From positions 1-39,870 of the forward strand of contig NW_021835945.1 in the NCBI RefSeq assembly GCF_006345805.1: 39,870 nt of DNA. The letters run 5' to 3'. Source of the stretch: Octopus sinensis. Taxonomy: Eukaryota. Each line of letters opens with the position of its first letter. Position 1 is the stretch's first letter. The position numbers and the translations under genes are program-made. Of this stretch, positions 13,046-24,950 are shown in pieces. The notes under the pieces were generated by a model that was not told the origin of the DNA, made no database searches, and saw nothing but the letters and a program-made list of their open reading frames with translations.

Positions 13046-13236
13046 CACACACACACACACACACACATACACACACACACACATGCACAAGCACTCATTC
13101 ATTCACACACTCATATATACACACACATTCGCGCACACATGCATATTGACATCCACGCAAATCCACGCTCTCACACACTAACACACACACTCACATACAC
13201 ACACGCCTACACACACAATAAACACATGTTCCACCT

Positions 13237-13274
<38 letters not shown>

Positions 13275-14065
13275 ACACACACACTAACACACGCACAAGT
13301 AACTAACGTCACGGAAAATATTTTTTTTACAGGATTTCTAAAATAATTCTTACAGCCATGTTTGTGTATGTTTGTTTATTTGTTTATTTGTTTGCTTTTA
13401 GTGTTTGGACTGGTGGTGGGGGGAACACTGTGTACTCGACGAGTGTGACATTGTGTGTGTTTCGCAAGGCTTGCTGTGCAGCGGCAGCGGAAATAACATG
13501 CGTTGGCGAAATTCATGCAGCGACAGGAAAAAGCGAAGACGAGAACACATTGTCGCCGTCAGAATATACAGAAATATTTATATATGTACATATATATACA
13601 TATATAGACATATATACATATACACACTCACGCACAATCACACAAGCACATGCTTATGTATACATGTATAATAATAGAATATATATTATATATATTAATA
13701 TATATATATATATAATATATATATATATATGTATGTATTATACATGTATATATATATACATGTATATATATATACATGTATATATATATATATACAGCCA
13801 GTCTGCGCACAGCAAGCGCCGAGTAATTATGAACCTGTGCGAGCAGCCTTTAATGTGGCTCTGATATCGTTTATTGGGTTGTCGGTGTTTGTTCATGGAG
13901 TGGATATTTTGTTTGCCGAGGAGCAAACTAAGTGGGTCGGTCTCTTCGGCATTGTTACACAGAAACACACTGACATCACTTTCTACACCCTCCCGTATAC
14001 ATACGTACGTAGACATACATGCATACATACATACATACATGCATTCATTCATAGTATACTTATAC

Positions 14066-14104
<39 letters not shown>

Positions 14105-14450
14105 TATGTGCATGTATATATATATGTGTGTGTATATATATATACATATATATATACATACCATACACCCACACATATATATATATATATATATAATATA
14201 TACATACATACATAACCCCCCCCGCAACACACATTTTTATGTATGTATACACGAATTGCATGCCCTCTTGATATAAATAATGAAGGGAAGGTTCTTCAGG
14301 GGGAATGTTCGTAAAAATTTCTAAAATAGATTCCTGTTATATAAACATCGCATATAACTATGCCAAAACAATAAAACACACACACACACACACACACAGA
14401 CACACACACACACACACAAACACACTCAATTGCACACATACATATATACA
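13040..14450. repeat. (CA)n and (TA)n-rich arrays with short unique interruptions
   Basis: Directly visible; boundaries approximate. Confidence 0.9.
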
Positions 14451-14849
14451 CTTTCACACGTTAATAGTTTGACCCGGATTTCCTCCTTCCAACAAACGCA
14501 GAGCCGGAACAAATAATGCAAAGATTTTTGCCCGACGCTCTCACGATTCTTCCAATTCTCATTGCAAGAAAAAACGAAAAGAAAAAAACGAAAAGAACGG
14601 TAAAGACTTCTTAAATTTAAAAATAAATTTCTCACCAGAATCTCCAAATAACTCCCTGGAATTTTGTCGTTAATTCTTTCAATCGTGTTTTTTTCCCCTC
14701 TTATTCAAGTAAATTGATTAAAGTAGGTGGCAGGGTGTATCTTGTGATCGTCTCTCCATTATCAGCTCCTTTCGAAACGCAACAACATCTCTTCGTCAGA
14801 ACTCCAGGATTGAACGAGCGACTGCAGAACAACTTTGCCGCTTTATATC

Positions 14850-15530
14850 TTAACTCGGACAATCCCAGATGGCAGCACTTCCGTCCGGGGACAGTATATG
14901 TTTCTCACAAGCAATGACTTTCGGTAGCACCGCCAGTGCAAGGTTTTCAGAAAACCTCCTTTAGTCTTTGACTGAAGTGAAGGCGTGTGGCCTTGGGTTG
15001 TGCACTCACGATTGCAAGATTTTGGTTTCTGTGTCTTGTATTCTTGAGAAAGACCATTTCCTGTTTCTTCAGTCCTCACAGCTTTAAAAATGAGTAACTC
15101 TGTGACGGGTTGGCGTTCCGTTCAGTGGAGGCCGAGAAGGTTGCGATCTTGGACACTTATGCACCAGTGATACCGGCTAACTGGCTTCATAAGTTCGAGA
15201 ACTCGAAATGGTAATGCCAAGGATTACCTTTGGCTGAAAATTCTCCGAAATACTCGGAGTATTTGATTGCCATGAAGTCGAAATTCACCACACTAATATC
15301 GCCATTGTTACCCTGAATCCTTGGTGTTAGCGATAGAATCTCGCTGCGGCACTTGGCAACTAAAAGAGAACTGCAAGTGGCTGACAAAGAACCTATGCAC
15401 TTGTGCAACGCCTGGGAAATTTCTGCGACTGGTGCAGCCTTTGCCGTCTGCATAAGATCAACCAAGGCATATAGAGGGTTCGGATAAATGTTCCGACCAA
15501 AGGAACGCCTCACAAAGACAACAAACAGAC
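14850..15530 (-). mobile_element. Decayed L1/Tx1-like ORF2 C-terminal region
   Basis: Minus-strand FLKTLHWRCYRKSLLVRNIYCPR resembles the region just before the C-terminal zinc knuckle of L1/Tx1 ORF2 (recalled FQKSLAWxCYRxALPVR...CPRC). Upstream FVRRSF is weakly supportive. Many frameshifts. Confidence 0.5.
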
Positions 15531-15761
15531 GAGATAAACTGATAGCGTATTGTGTGTGTGTGTGTGTGTGTGTGTGTACTCACAACGCTACCATTGTTAA
15601 AGCATATGGAGAGACTCAAGTTATCATGATAGCTGTATATGTACAGACATACACGTATGTATTATAAATTTAATATATACACATTTATACGTGTGTGTGT
15701 ATTGCATGTACCACGTTTTGCGTTGTATTTTCTTCCTTTTTCTTCGTGTTTTTGGGTATAT

Positions 15762-15792
<31 letters not shown>

Positions 15793-16354
15793 TATATATA
15801 TATGTGTGTATGTATATATATATATATATATGTATATTATATATAGTATGTACGTATGTATATATATGTATGTGTGTAGGTATGTATGGTGTATGTATTT
15901 TATTATATATATATATATATACTATATTATATTAATGTATACACCTCTAGATCTGAGCTGGAGATTAACTGCAGTTTCCAATCTCCCATGGATAAATAGA
16001 AGAGATTGGAAACCCGTTATCCGGCTGATAAACTACTGCCACCGCCACCACGACCACCACCACAACCACAACCACCACCACAACCACCACCACCACCACC
16101 ACCACCACCACCACCACACAACCACCACCATCCTCCTATCCACCTATCGTTCAATAACGGTGTTTTTTTCACTGTTTAATAACACCTAACATCCATACAT
16201 ACACCCACCCCCATATCTACCGCTAATCATAGCATTTAAGCCGCCGTGTTGTTATTTTTAACGTTGAAGACAAGGAATAAACAAGCCCACGTTTCTACAC
16301 TGTCTGTCACTCCCCCCCACTCACTCGCACACACACACACACACATGCAATTAT

Positions 16355-16555
16355 AAGGTGATAACGTGGCACTCCGTCGGTTTCGACGACGAGGGTTCCA
16401 GTTGATCCGATCAACGGAACAGCCTGCTCGTGAAATTAACGTACAAGTGGCTGAGCACTCCACAGACACGTGTACCCTTAACGTAGTTCTCTGTCAGATT
16501 CAGCGTGACACAGAGTGTGACAAGGGTGGCCCTTTGCAATATAGGTAGAACATAA
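16355..16555 (+). mobile_element. Interspersed repeat family F (SINE-like), single copy here
   Basis: TGGCACTCCGTCGGTTTCGACGACGAGGGTTCCAGTTGATCCG ... GTGGCTGAGCACTCCACAGACACG matches a repeat I recall from octopus sequence. No second copy in the window to confirm. Confidence 0.45.
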
Positions 16556-16670
16556 ACAGCACCAAATTATTATTGGTAGAAATGCGAATTCATAATCTGT
16601 TTGTCGGTATGTGACACGTGTTTTGTTAAAGGTGCCATTGTAAGATGTTTTCAGCCACTCTGAGATACCT

Positions 16671-17360
16671 GTATGTATGTTTGTATGTATGTACATATGT
16701 ACGTATGTATGTTTGTATGTATGTATGTATGTATGTATGTATGTATGTATGTATGTATGTATGTATGTATGTTTGTATGTATGTATGTATGTATGTACGT
16801 ATGTATGTATGTATGTATGTATGTATGTATGTTTGTATGTATGTATGTATGTATGTATGTATGTATGTATGTTTGTATTTATGTATGTATGTATGTTTGT
16901 ATGATGTTTGTATGTGTTCGTATGTCTGTATGTTTGTATGTATGTATGTATGTATTCTTTGTATGTATGTATGTATGTTCGTATGTATGTATGTATGTAT
17001 GTTTGTATGTATGTATGTATGTATGTATGTATGTATGTATGTATTATGTATGTTTATTATTATGTATATGTTTGTATGTATGTATGTTTGTATTATGTGT
17101 GTGTGTATTGTATGCATATATGTATGTGTGTGGGTGTAGTATGTTGTATGTATTATGTATGTATGTATGTATGTATGTTGTATGTATGTATGTATGTATG
17201 TATGAATATGTGTGTATGTATGCATATATGTATGTGTGTGTGAGTATGTATGTATGTATGTATGTATGTATGTATGTATGTATGTTTGTATGTATGTGTG
17301 TGTGTATGTATGCATATATGTATGTGTGTGTGTGTGTGAGTACGTATGCGTGTGTGTGTG
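16671..17360. repeat. (TATG)n array, about 690 bp
   Basis: Directly visible; source of the MYVC/HTYI ORFs. Confidence 0.97.
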
Positions 17361-17898
17361 TTAGTGTATTTGCATGTATGTATTGTTCTCTCCTGGTTTT
17401 TAGGTAGGTACTTATTCATGTATAAATGACCTATTAAACACTCTAAACTGCAAATCACCCGTTTCACCACCACCACCACCACCACCACCACCACCAGAAA
17501 GATGATGTCGGAGGTGAACATGGCCAAAAATAAATGTTGAGTCTCAAAGATTAAATGGTGAAGAATACCATTAGCAGCAGAGATGTTCCATACACTTCTT
17601 TTAGTCTTACCACACAGACATTTTTCTTACTCGAAGCACCAAACTTTTGTCTCTGCAAGACTAGAACAACGCACAACTTTGCGAACCAAAGTAAATATTA
17701 TTCTTAGAAACTTTTATCCGAAATTCCTGGACAATATTGAAAATAATTCTTTATTATATTTTTAATTGTGAGATTCTTATTTGTTTTTCAGGAACTATTT
17801 ACTCGACACGAATTAATATCTGCCATTATCGATGGGGGATACTTTTGGCGATACTTAGCGCAGACACTGGCTTCTTAACGGCTTTAAATATATAATTT

Positions 17899-17899
17899 A

Positions 17900-17983
<84 letters not shown>

Positions 17984-17997
17984 CATCCATCCATCCA
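17899..17997. repeat. (TATC)n followed by (ATCC)n
   Basis: Directly visible. Confidence 0.97.
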
Positions 17998-18039
17998 TTG
18001 TAATAGTAGAAATAATTGTCTCGCTCTTATTTCTATCGT

Positions 18040-18182
18040 TATATTGACCAGAGTTCGATTTGATGAAATAAGTTCACGTCTGGAGCAACGACGCAGGGAA
18101 ATATAATAATTGCTAAAGCAACTATGGAAGCTACTGAATGTAATCCAGACGTGAACTTATTTCATCAATCGAACTCTGGTCA

Positions 18183-18187
<5 letters not shown>
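18040..18187. mobile_element. MITE-like foldback with about 44-bp inverted arms
   Basis: 18040-18084 and 18144-18187 are reverse complements apart from one indel; TA-rich flanks. Confidence 0.7.
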
Positions 18188-18219
<32 letters not shown>

Positions 18220-18704
18220 ATATAATATAATAGTATATAGTATGTATATATTAAAGTAAATACATTCATATATCAACAGATTTTCTTCGGACACTAACCC
18301 GAGCTTATAGTATTTGTTGTTTTGAAATAGTTCGTGTTGTCCTTTCATCAGCGGAGAGTAAAAAATTTTAAGGCAAATACAGGAGAATATCCCGGATATG
18401 TTTCGATGTAACTGCAACTCTTCAGCGCAGTTGTTGCAGTAGTGATGGAATATTATAAAGAAAACGTGTTATGTTTTAGACTTTGTAGTGTAGGAAAATA
18501 GAATCAGGTTAGTAGTGAAATACTCAAAGTTGGCATCATTTTGGAAAACAGAGAATTAGATTTTATATCGTAATGAAGTCTAAGGTGTGTAATATCGTTT
18601 CAGACGGAACTGTTTTATGTGTATATGAGTGTACTGAGTGTATGTATGTGTGTGTTTGTGTGGACGCGTGTGTGTATGTTTGTGTGTGCGTGTGTTGTGT
18701 GTGT

Positions 18705-18747
18705 GTGAGAGGTAGAAAGCGAGGAGGAGAGAGAAGAAAAAGGGTGT

Positions 18748-18778
<31 letters not shown>

Positions 18779-19130
18779 TGAGAGAATGAGAGAGGGGAGG
18801 AAAGGGGGTAGAGACAGAGATAGATATGAAGATGGATGTAGGACATATAGAGATGTAGATAGGAGAATGAGAGAGAGAGAGAGAGAGTGAGAGAAAGAGA
18901 TGGAAGGTGAGGAGAGAGGGAGAGATGGTGGGAAAGAGAGAGAGGGTGAGAGAAAAAGAGGGAAAGTGACAGATATAGATAGATAGGAAGATAGACAGAT
19001 AGGAAGGAAGAAAAGAGGAAAAGAGTGAGTGAGAGAAAGAGCAGAGCAAGGGAGAGAGAGAGAGAGAGAGAGGAAAAAGAAATGAAAGCAGTGAGAAGAA
19101 GGGAGGGTGGTGAAAATGTAAAAAAGAGAG
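18705..19130. repeat. Purine-rich (GA)n low-complexity tract
   Basis: Directly visible. Confidence 0.9.
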
Positions 19131-19387
19131 CAAATAAGCGGCTGAGATCATTAATCAGAATGTCGTCGTTCCTCTACGACATCGGTTTCTCTAAATAACA
19201 GAAACGATAGAACAGAACAAATCTCAGAGGAGGATCAAAAGACGGATTCGGCAGGAATAAGAATATTATTTATCACTGCTATGGCATCAAATACTTTTTC
19301 TTCCGGCTATCAACATTAAACACACACACACACACACATATGTATGTATATATATATATATATGCTATATTTGCGGCTTGAGTTCAC

Positions 19388-19535
19388 AAGTCTACCAATG
19401 GTTTCATGTAAGAAGAATCTCTTAACAATTATCAAGCCTGCCACAAAATGGAGACGAGTGCCAACATCCCCACGTGGTTGGTTGGCTTGATAACTGTGAA
19501 AAGGTTTCTCTTTACATGAAACCATTGGTAGACTT
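19388..19535. repeat. Imperfect inverted repeat (about 51-bp arms, 45-nt spacer)
   Basis: AAGTCTACCAATGGTTTCATGTAA (19388-19411) pairs perfectly with 19512-19535, and pairing continues imperfectly to TTATCAAGCC/GGCTTGATAA. Confidence 0.85.
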
Positions 19536-19680
19536 ATTTACGTTATTTACATTTGACGGATATTTGTCTTCATCTTGTTTGTTGTTAACACAACGTTCCA
19601 GCCTTCATCAGGTGTCTTGGGGAAATTTCGAACGTGGGTTCTCATTCCTAAGGTATTTTTCGATGTTGTTGTTGTTATTA

Positions 19681-19749
<69 letters not shown>
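19536..19749 (-). mobile_element. SINE family D, headless inverted copy
   Basis: Reverse complement: CCTGAATAAT-(AAT)n-CATCGAAAAATACCTTAGGAATGAGAACCC ... GACACCTGATGAAGGCTGGAACGTTGTGTT ... TGTAAATAA. The hammerhead stem II has a 16-nt deletion. Confidence 0.9.
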
Positions 19750-19793
19750 AAAATAGATTTATAAGCTCTAAAATTCACTCCATAATTGCCCAC

Positions 19794-19867
19794 TATGGCA
19801 TAGTGCTTAAGAGCGCGGGATACTAACCCTAAGATTCCGAGTTCAATTCCTGAATAATAATAATAAT
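19794..19867 (+). mobile_element. SINE family D complete tRNA-derived head plus short (AAT)n
   Basis: A-box TGGCATAGTGC, anticodon-arm-like CGGGATACTAACCC, B-box GAGTTCAATTCC. Confidence 0.8.
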
Positions 19868-19930
19868 AGTTTAGACGAAAATATATCGACCACACTCCGT
19901 ATTATGTCTTTGAAGTCTGGTACTTATTCT

Positions 19931-20141
19931 AAGAGTGCGGGCTACTAACAACAAGATACCGAGTTCGATTCCAGGCAGTGACCTGAATAATAATAATAAA
20001 AACAACTACAAGAACAACAACATCGAAAACTACCTTAGGAATTAGAACCCAAGATGAAGGCTGGAGGGTATATCAGCTGAAACCAGACGAGGACAAATAT
20101 CCGTCAAATGTAAATAATGTAAATAATATACATAATTCCTC
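19931..20141 (+). mobile_element. SINE family D, 5'-truncated copy with two internal deletions
   Basis: Same 5' breakpoint as the 6580 copy. Retains GATGA-A-GGCTG-loop-CAGCT-GAAA-C but has lost C3/U4 and stem I. Tail TGTAAATAATGTAAATAAT. Confidence 0.9.
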
Positions 20142-20344
20142 GGACTTGTTAATCCGCAAATACTGTTTATCCACCGATAAAGAATGTGCTCCATCTCCAG
20201 CCTTACTCTCCTTCGACGTAGCAAGGCTGGAAGAGGCCTCTTGGTAGGCCCCACGCCAGATGGTTGAATGTAATTGAGGAAGATCTGCAGAGATTCGACG
20301 TTATCTTGGTGAACGTAGTCGGCTCTGCGCATGACGACAAATAA
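20142..20344 (+). mobile_element. RTE-clade LINE 3' fragment
   Basis: Reads QGWKRPLGRPHARWLNVIEEDLQRFD...AHDDK*, the GWKRPxGRPxxRW...DL motif typical of RTE ORF ends. Confidence 0.7.
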
Positions 20345-20419
20345 GTTTACACACACACGTGTGTGTGTCTATGCTCATAATCTTACTCGATAGAGTTGGG
20401 GTCATCCTAGTTACCTACA

Positions 20420-20581
20420 TAGATAGGTATCTATCTGTATCTATCTGTCCCCCTATATGTGTATGCGTGTACGTGTATATCAATATGTATGTCGAATAGT
20501 ATTATACACATCCTTTTGATATATATGCATATATATATGTACATGTATGTGTATATACATATATGTATATATATATATATG

Positions 20582-20645
<64 letters not shown>

Positions 20646-20676
20646 TATTTATGCATAGATACATATATATTTATAG

Positions 20677-20719
<43 letters not shown>

Positions 20720-20903
20720 TGTACATGTATATATGCATATATATACACAGACACATATGTTTGCGTGTCTTTATATGTATGCATATATATATATAATGTG
20801 TATATATGTATGCTTATGCATACACACACACACACATAATATATATATATAATAATATAATATTCTATAATATATATATAGATATAGACACACACACACA
20901 TAC

Positions 20904-20960
<57 letters not shown>

Positions 20961-22900
20961 ATATATATATTAGATATCTAATTAATATATATATATAATG
21001 TGAGTGAGTATTTCTTCTCAGCTAGAAGGAAGGCGCCAGACATTATACAAAAATTGGTAGAAAACGCGGAAGGTTCTCTGAAAATAGTATTATGAATTTT
21101 AGTGATTTTTTTGCTCGTGTTTTTGGTGTAGCTTTACTTTTGTCATTTCTGAATTCCAGAGATGGTAAGTGAGATAACATGAATGAGAGAGGGAGAGAGG
21201 GAGAGAGAGAGAGAGAAAGTGGGGGGGGGCGTGGAATGGTTTGGGTGCAGGTTGAGAATGACGAAAGGACTGATGGAGACGAGAGAATGGTAACAGGAAG
21301 ATCTAGAAGAGAAGTAAAAATAAAAAAGGAAAAAAAACGCAACAACCAATGTACAGACTTTCCTGCTCCTCCTCCTCCTCCCTGCCATCGAAACAAACAA
21401 TAAAACGACAAAGGATACAACATCAACAACAAAATTCCAACAACGGCAACGACAATATCAACAGCAACAGCGTCAATATTAATAAATCTAACAACTATAA
21501 CAAGCACCTTATGTAAACACGATGAATTATGAGAAGAGAGAACGGTTCAAGAAAATAACAAATATTTTTGAGAATTAAATTAAATGTGTATACATTTGTG
21601 CGTGTATGTGTGTGTGTGAGTCTGTATACGCACGTGTGTGCGTATGTGTGTTTGTGTATGTGCGTGTGTGCTTGTGTGTGTATTTGTGTGTTCTTTTTTA
21701 TAAAAGAATGTATGGTGTATATGTTGTGTATATGTGTGCATAACTTTATTGTATGCACGGATGTGCGTGTGGTTATGTATATATATTTTTGTATATATGC
21801 GCATGAATGCATATGTGTATGTTTGCGCTTCATATAACCGTACGCGTGTATAGAATATGTATGTATATATGGGTATGTCTGGGTTTTATGTATATGTGTT
21901 TCTGTGGATGTATGTAAGCACGTACGTATGTATGTAGGCTTGTACATCCGTGTGTATGTTTATAAGTAAATATCTACGCACGTCTGTACGTATGTATGTG
22001 TGTATGCATGTAAGTACATATATATTATATATATTATAGTCATGTATGTATGTACGTTTGCGCATATGTTTTTTATTTGCTCATATTTATTCAGAGTTAA
22101 TTTTGACCGGGCACCTGCTTAGTAGCAAGGTTGTAAAAGAAAGCATCTTGTTTTGTTCAACATCCTTTGAATCTTCAGAACGTGTTTCAGAACTTTATTG
22201 TTCCAGATATCAGGTTCATTTGTAGCGTCTGAATTGCATTGTCTCCCCTTAGACACAATTTCAGCGATACTTTTCTCCCAGCGACTTGATGAGTTGCGAA
22301 AATGTATGGCAGGATAAGCGTTTTGATCGGAGATCAGTTTCCAACGGTTAATATTTTGATGTTTGAATTAAGTTAACGGACTTTTCGTGTTTCAGGTCGG
22401 TAAGGGTTTAAATGATAATACGCTGGAAACGGAAACTGTCTTTTGGATATGGTATGTATGTATGTATGTATGTATGTATGCATTTATGTATGTATGATTG
22501 TATATATGCATGTATGTATATACGTAGGCATGTATGTATATATGCATGCATGTATGTATGTATGCATGTATATGTATGTATGTATGTATGCATGTATATA
22601 CGTGTATGTGCCAACATGAATGTATGCATGGATGCATGTATGTATGTATGCATGCATACATACATATATTTATGTATGCATGCATACATATATGCATATA
22701 TAACTGTACGTATGCAAGCATGCTTGTGTATGTATGCATGCATACATGTATGTATATATGTATGTATGTATTTATCTAAGCGTGTATGTACGTTCGAATG
22801 TATATTTGTATGCAATTATGTATGCACGTCTGTGTGTGTATAGGTGTATATGTATACATTTATGTATATTTGAATGTATATATGCATTTACATTTATATG
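20420..22900. repeat. Mixed (TA)n, (GA)n, (TG)n and (TATG)n low-complexity zone
   Basis: Directly visible arrays at about 20520-21000, 21185-21220, 21585-22070 and 22451-22900, with unique interruptions. Confidence 0.85.
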
Positions 22901-23494
22901 TTTAGCTCTTACAGATTAGAAATTCAGAGAATATGGCGACCAGCCACAAACGTGATGGTCAGATTGTAACACAAAACCTATTGTATACTTCGTCCGTTTT
23001 TAACCCATTAACTGCCAAATTTTTTTATTCATATTTCTTGGCTTTCCCAGGAGTCTTAGGAATTAAACTAATATATAGTATTTTAATTTTCTGCATATGT
23101 GAATTATTTTGGAAATTATGATAAATTTTTCGTAAAGTCCCAAATGGGGGTCGCTGGAAAAAAAAGCATATTTATCCTTTTCCGTTCAATTGCAGTAATA
23201 AACATTTAGGTTGCTTTGAAACTACAGAATCAAATGCGAATGTGTATGAAATATCGATGGTTGATATTGATGGAAAAGAAAACGTTTTTAAAACAATCAA
23301 TATTTTTCTGGTTCAAAAATTGCGATTTATGACTAAAAATGTCCTCTGGAATTAACCGCTGTTGTTGCTGTTGCGGTTAAGCGATAACAATCACCGTTAC
23401 AAATAACAGGAACCACACCATAATAATCAACATCACCATTATCAGCAACACCACCGCTACCAATAGAATTATCAACGCCACCATCAACATCCCG

Positions 23495-23575
23495 CCAACC
23501 ACCACCACCACCACCACCACCACCACCACCACCACCACCACCACCACCACCACCACCACCACCACTACCACCATA
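23495..23575. repeat. (CCA)n array
   Basis: Directly visible. Confidence 0.97.
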
Positions 23576-23619
23576 ATATTAACTACTAAATATTGTTAAA
23601 CACACCTCTGCAAATGCAA

Positions 23620-23884
23620 TGGTAGGTAGTTTGCTAACCAACCACAAGGTTCCGGGTTCAGTTTCACTGCGTGGCACCTTGGGCAAGTGACTTCTACTAT
23701 AGCCTCGGGCCGACCAAAGCCGACCGAGTGGATTTGGTAGACGGAAACTGAAAGAAGCCCGTCGTATATATATGTGTATATGTATGTGTGTGCCTTTGTG
23801 TGTCTGTGTTTGTCACCCCGCCAACGTCGCTTGACATGCAATGCTGGTGTGTTTATGTCCCCGTAACTTAGCGGTTCGGACAAA
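23620..23884 (+). mobile_element. SINE family B, 3'-truncated
   Basis: GGTTCCGGGTTCAGT ... GGCACCTTGGGCAAGTG ... GAAAGAAGCCCGTCG-(TA/TG)n-TTTGTCACC ... TAACTTAGCGGTTCGG. Confidence 0.9.
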
Positions 23885-24211
23885 CCTGGCTGGTCTGCCC
23901 AAAACCAGGCTGGTCTGCTGGTCCCGTCGCTAGAAGGTGGTAGGGGTTCGCTCCCCTGCTCGCAATATCTCGGATGCGGGAGTGGATCGTTAACCAGCGA
24001 GAGGAGATGTCCTCTTGGGGTTAAAAAATCGTAGTAAAGTCTGTTAGAATGGACAACTATGTTGAAGTGGCTACGAACATTACTTGTTAGTGCAACTAGA
24101 ACTACTACGTTGGTCTGTTGAAGGCATTGTTGCTATATAATATATATATATATCTATATATATATATTATATATATATATATATATATCTATATATATAT
24201 ATTATATTATA

Positions 24212-24242
<31 letters not shown>

Positions 24243-24495
24243 ATATAATATATATATATATGTTTCGGTTCTTCTTGAAAAACGAACCTTATCAAAAATA
24301 TTTTAAAAAGTTAAGTGTACTAAAAAAGTTCATAATTTTTTCTTACTGGTCTCAACAGAATCCACGTGGTGGTGTTTTGTGGGGAGTAAGCATAATAGCA
24401 GTCTTATGTGTTCGAATAAAATTAAGGAAAAGACCAGTGGCTGAAATGGCAGTAGCAGCATATATACATATATATATTATATATATGTGTATATA

Positions 24496-24618
24496 TACGA
24501 CGGACTTCTTTCAGTTTCCATCTAACAAACCCACTCACAAGGTGTCACACAGTGGGACTGAACCCGGAACCATGTGGTTGGGAAGCAAGCTTCTTAACAC
24601 ACAGTCACTCCTACGCCT
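24496..24618 (-). mobile_element. SINE family B 5' half with internal deletion
   Basis: Reverse complement of the head: AAGAAGCTTGCTTCCCAACCACATGGTTCCGGGTTCAGTCCCACTG; ends at the internal TA array. Confidence 0.88.
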
Positions 24619-24620
24619 TA

Positions 24621-24738
<118 letters not shown>

Positions 24739-24950
24739 ACGGGAAGGTTTACGAAAATAAACAAAAGACGAAGGCAGGTGGAGTACAAACAAACAAATGT
24801 ATTAGTATGGCGCTCAGGAATAGAAACAGAACAAGTCTTTTACGTTTCGAGCCTACGCTCTTCGACAGAAAGATACACAGAAAAGAAACACGGAGAGAAA
24901 CAAGGAGAGAAAAAATGCGTGTAGGAGCTAACGGTCTATCATGGCGTTCT
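24739..24950 (-). mobile_element. Probable Penelope-like element pLTR remnant or non-autonomous derivative
   Basis: Contains a minimal hammerhead fold (24836-24873) followed by a pyrimidine-rich tail. No RT or GIY-YIG coding sequence recognised, so the assignment rests on the ribozyme type. Confidence 0.5.
24836..24873 (-). ncRNA. Minimal type I hammerhead ribozyme motif with A6 to U core variant
   Basis: Minus strand UCUUU-CUGUCGA-A-GAGC-GUAG-GCUC-GAAA-CG-UA-AAAGA: perfect 5-bp stem I, perfect 4-bp stem II, palindromic ACGU, GUA triplet. Confidence 0.7.

Noticed and set aside
18395-18432. Minus-strand CUGAAGA ... GAAA motif
   Set aside because: Stem II is mismatched and stem I is only 2 bp; consistent with chance.
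18040-19535. The two foldbacks are both 148 bp long, close to nucleosome core length
   Set aside because: The sequences are unrelated and the lengths depend on where arm ends are drawn; most likely coincidence.
19794-19852. SINE heads as genuine tRNA genes (the D head resembles tRNA-Ile(AAU) from recall)
   Set aside because: No complete acceptor stem or cloverleaf, and each head runs into SINE body sequence.
22095-22390. Possible mariner C-terminal remnant
   Set aside because: Only vague similarity (RLDELRKCM) and no TIR identified.
23000-23345. piggyBac-like end TTAA-CCCATTAACTGCC
   Set aside because: No matching opposite terminus or transposase sequence found.
23883-23925. Short direct repeats (ACCWGGCTGGTCTGC x2; also CCAGACCAAACCA at about 26870-26915) as a CRISPR-like or structured array
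   Set aside because: Only two units, no unique spacers, and the context is eukaryotic; ordinary slippage duplications.
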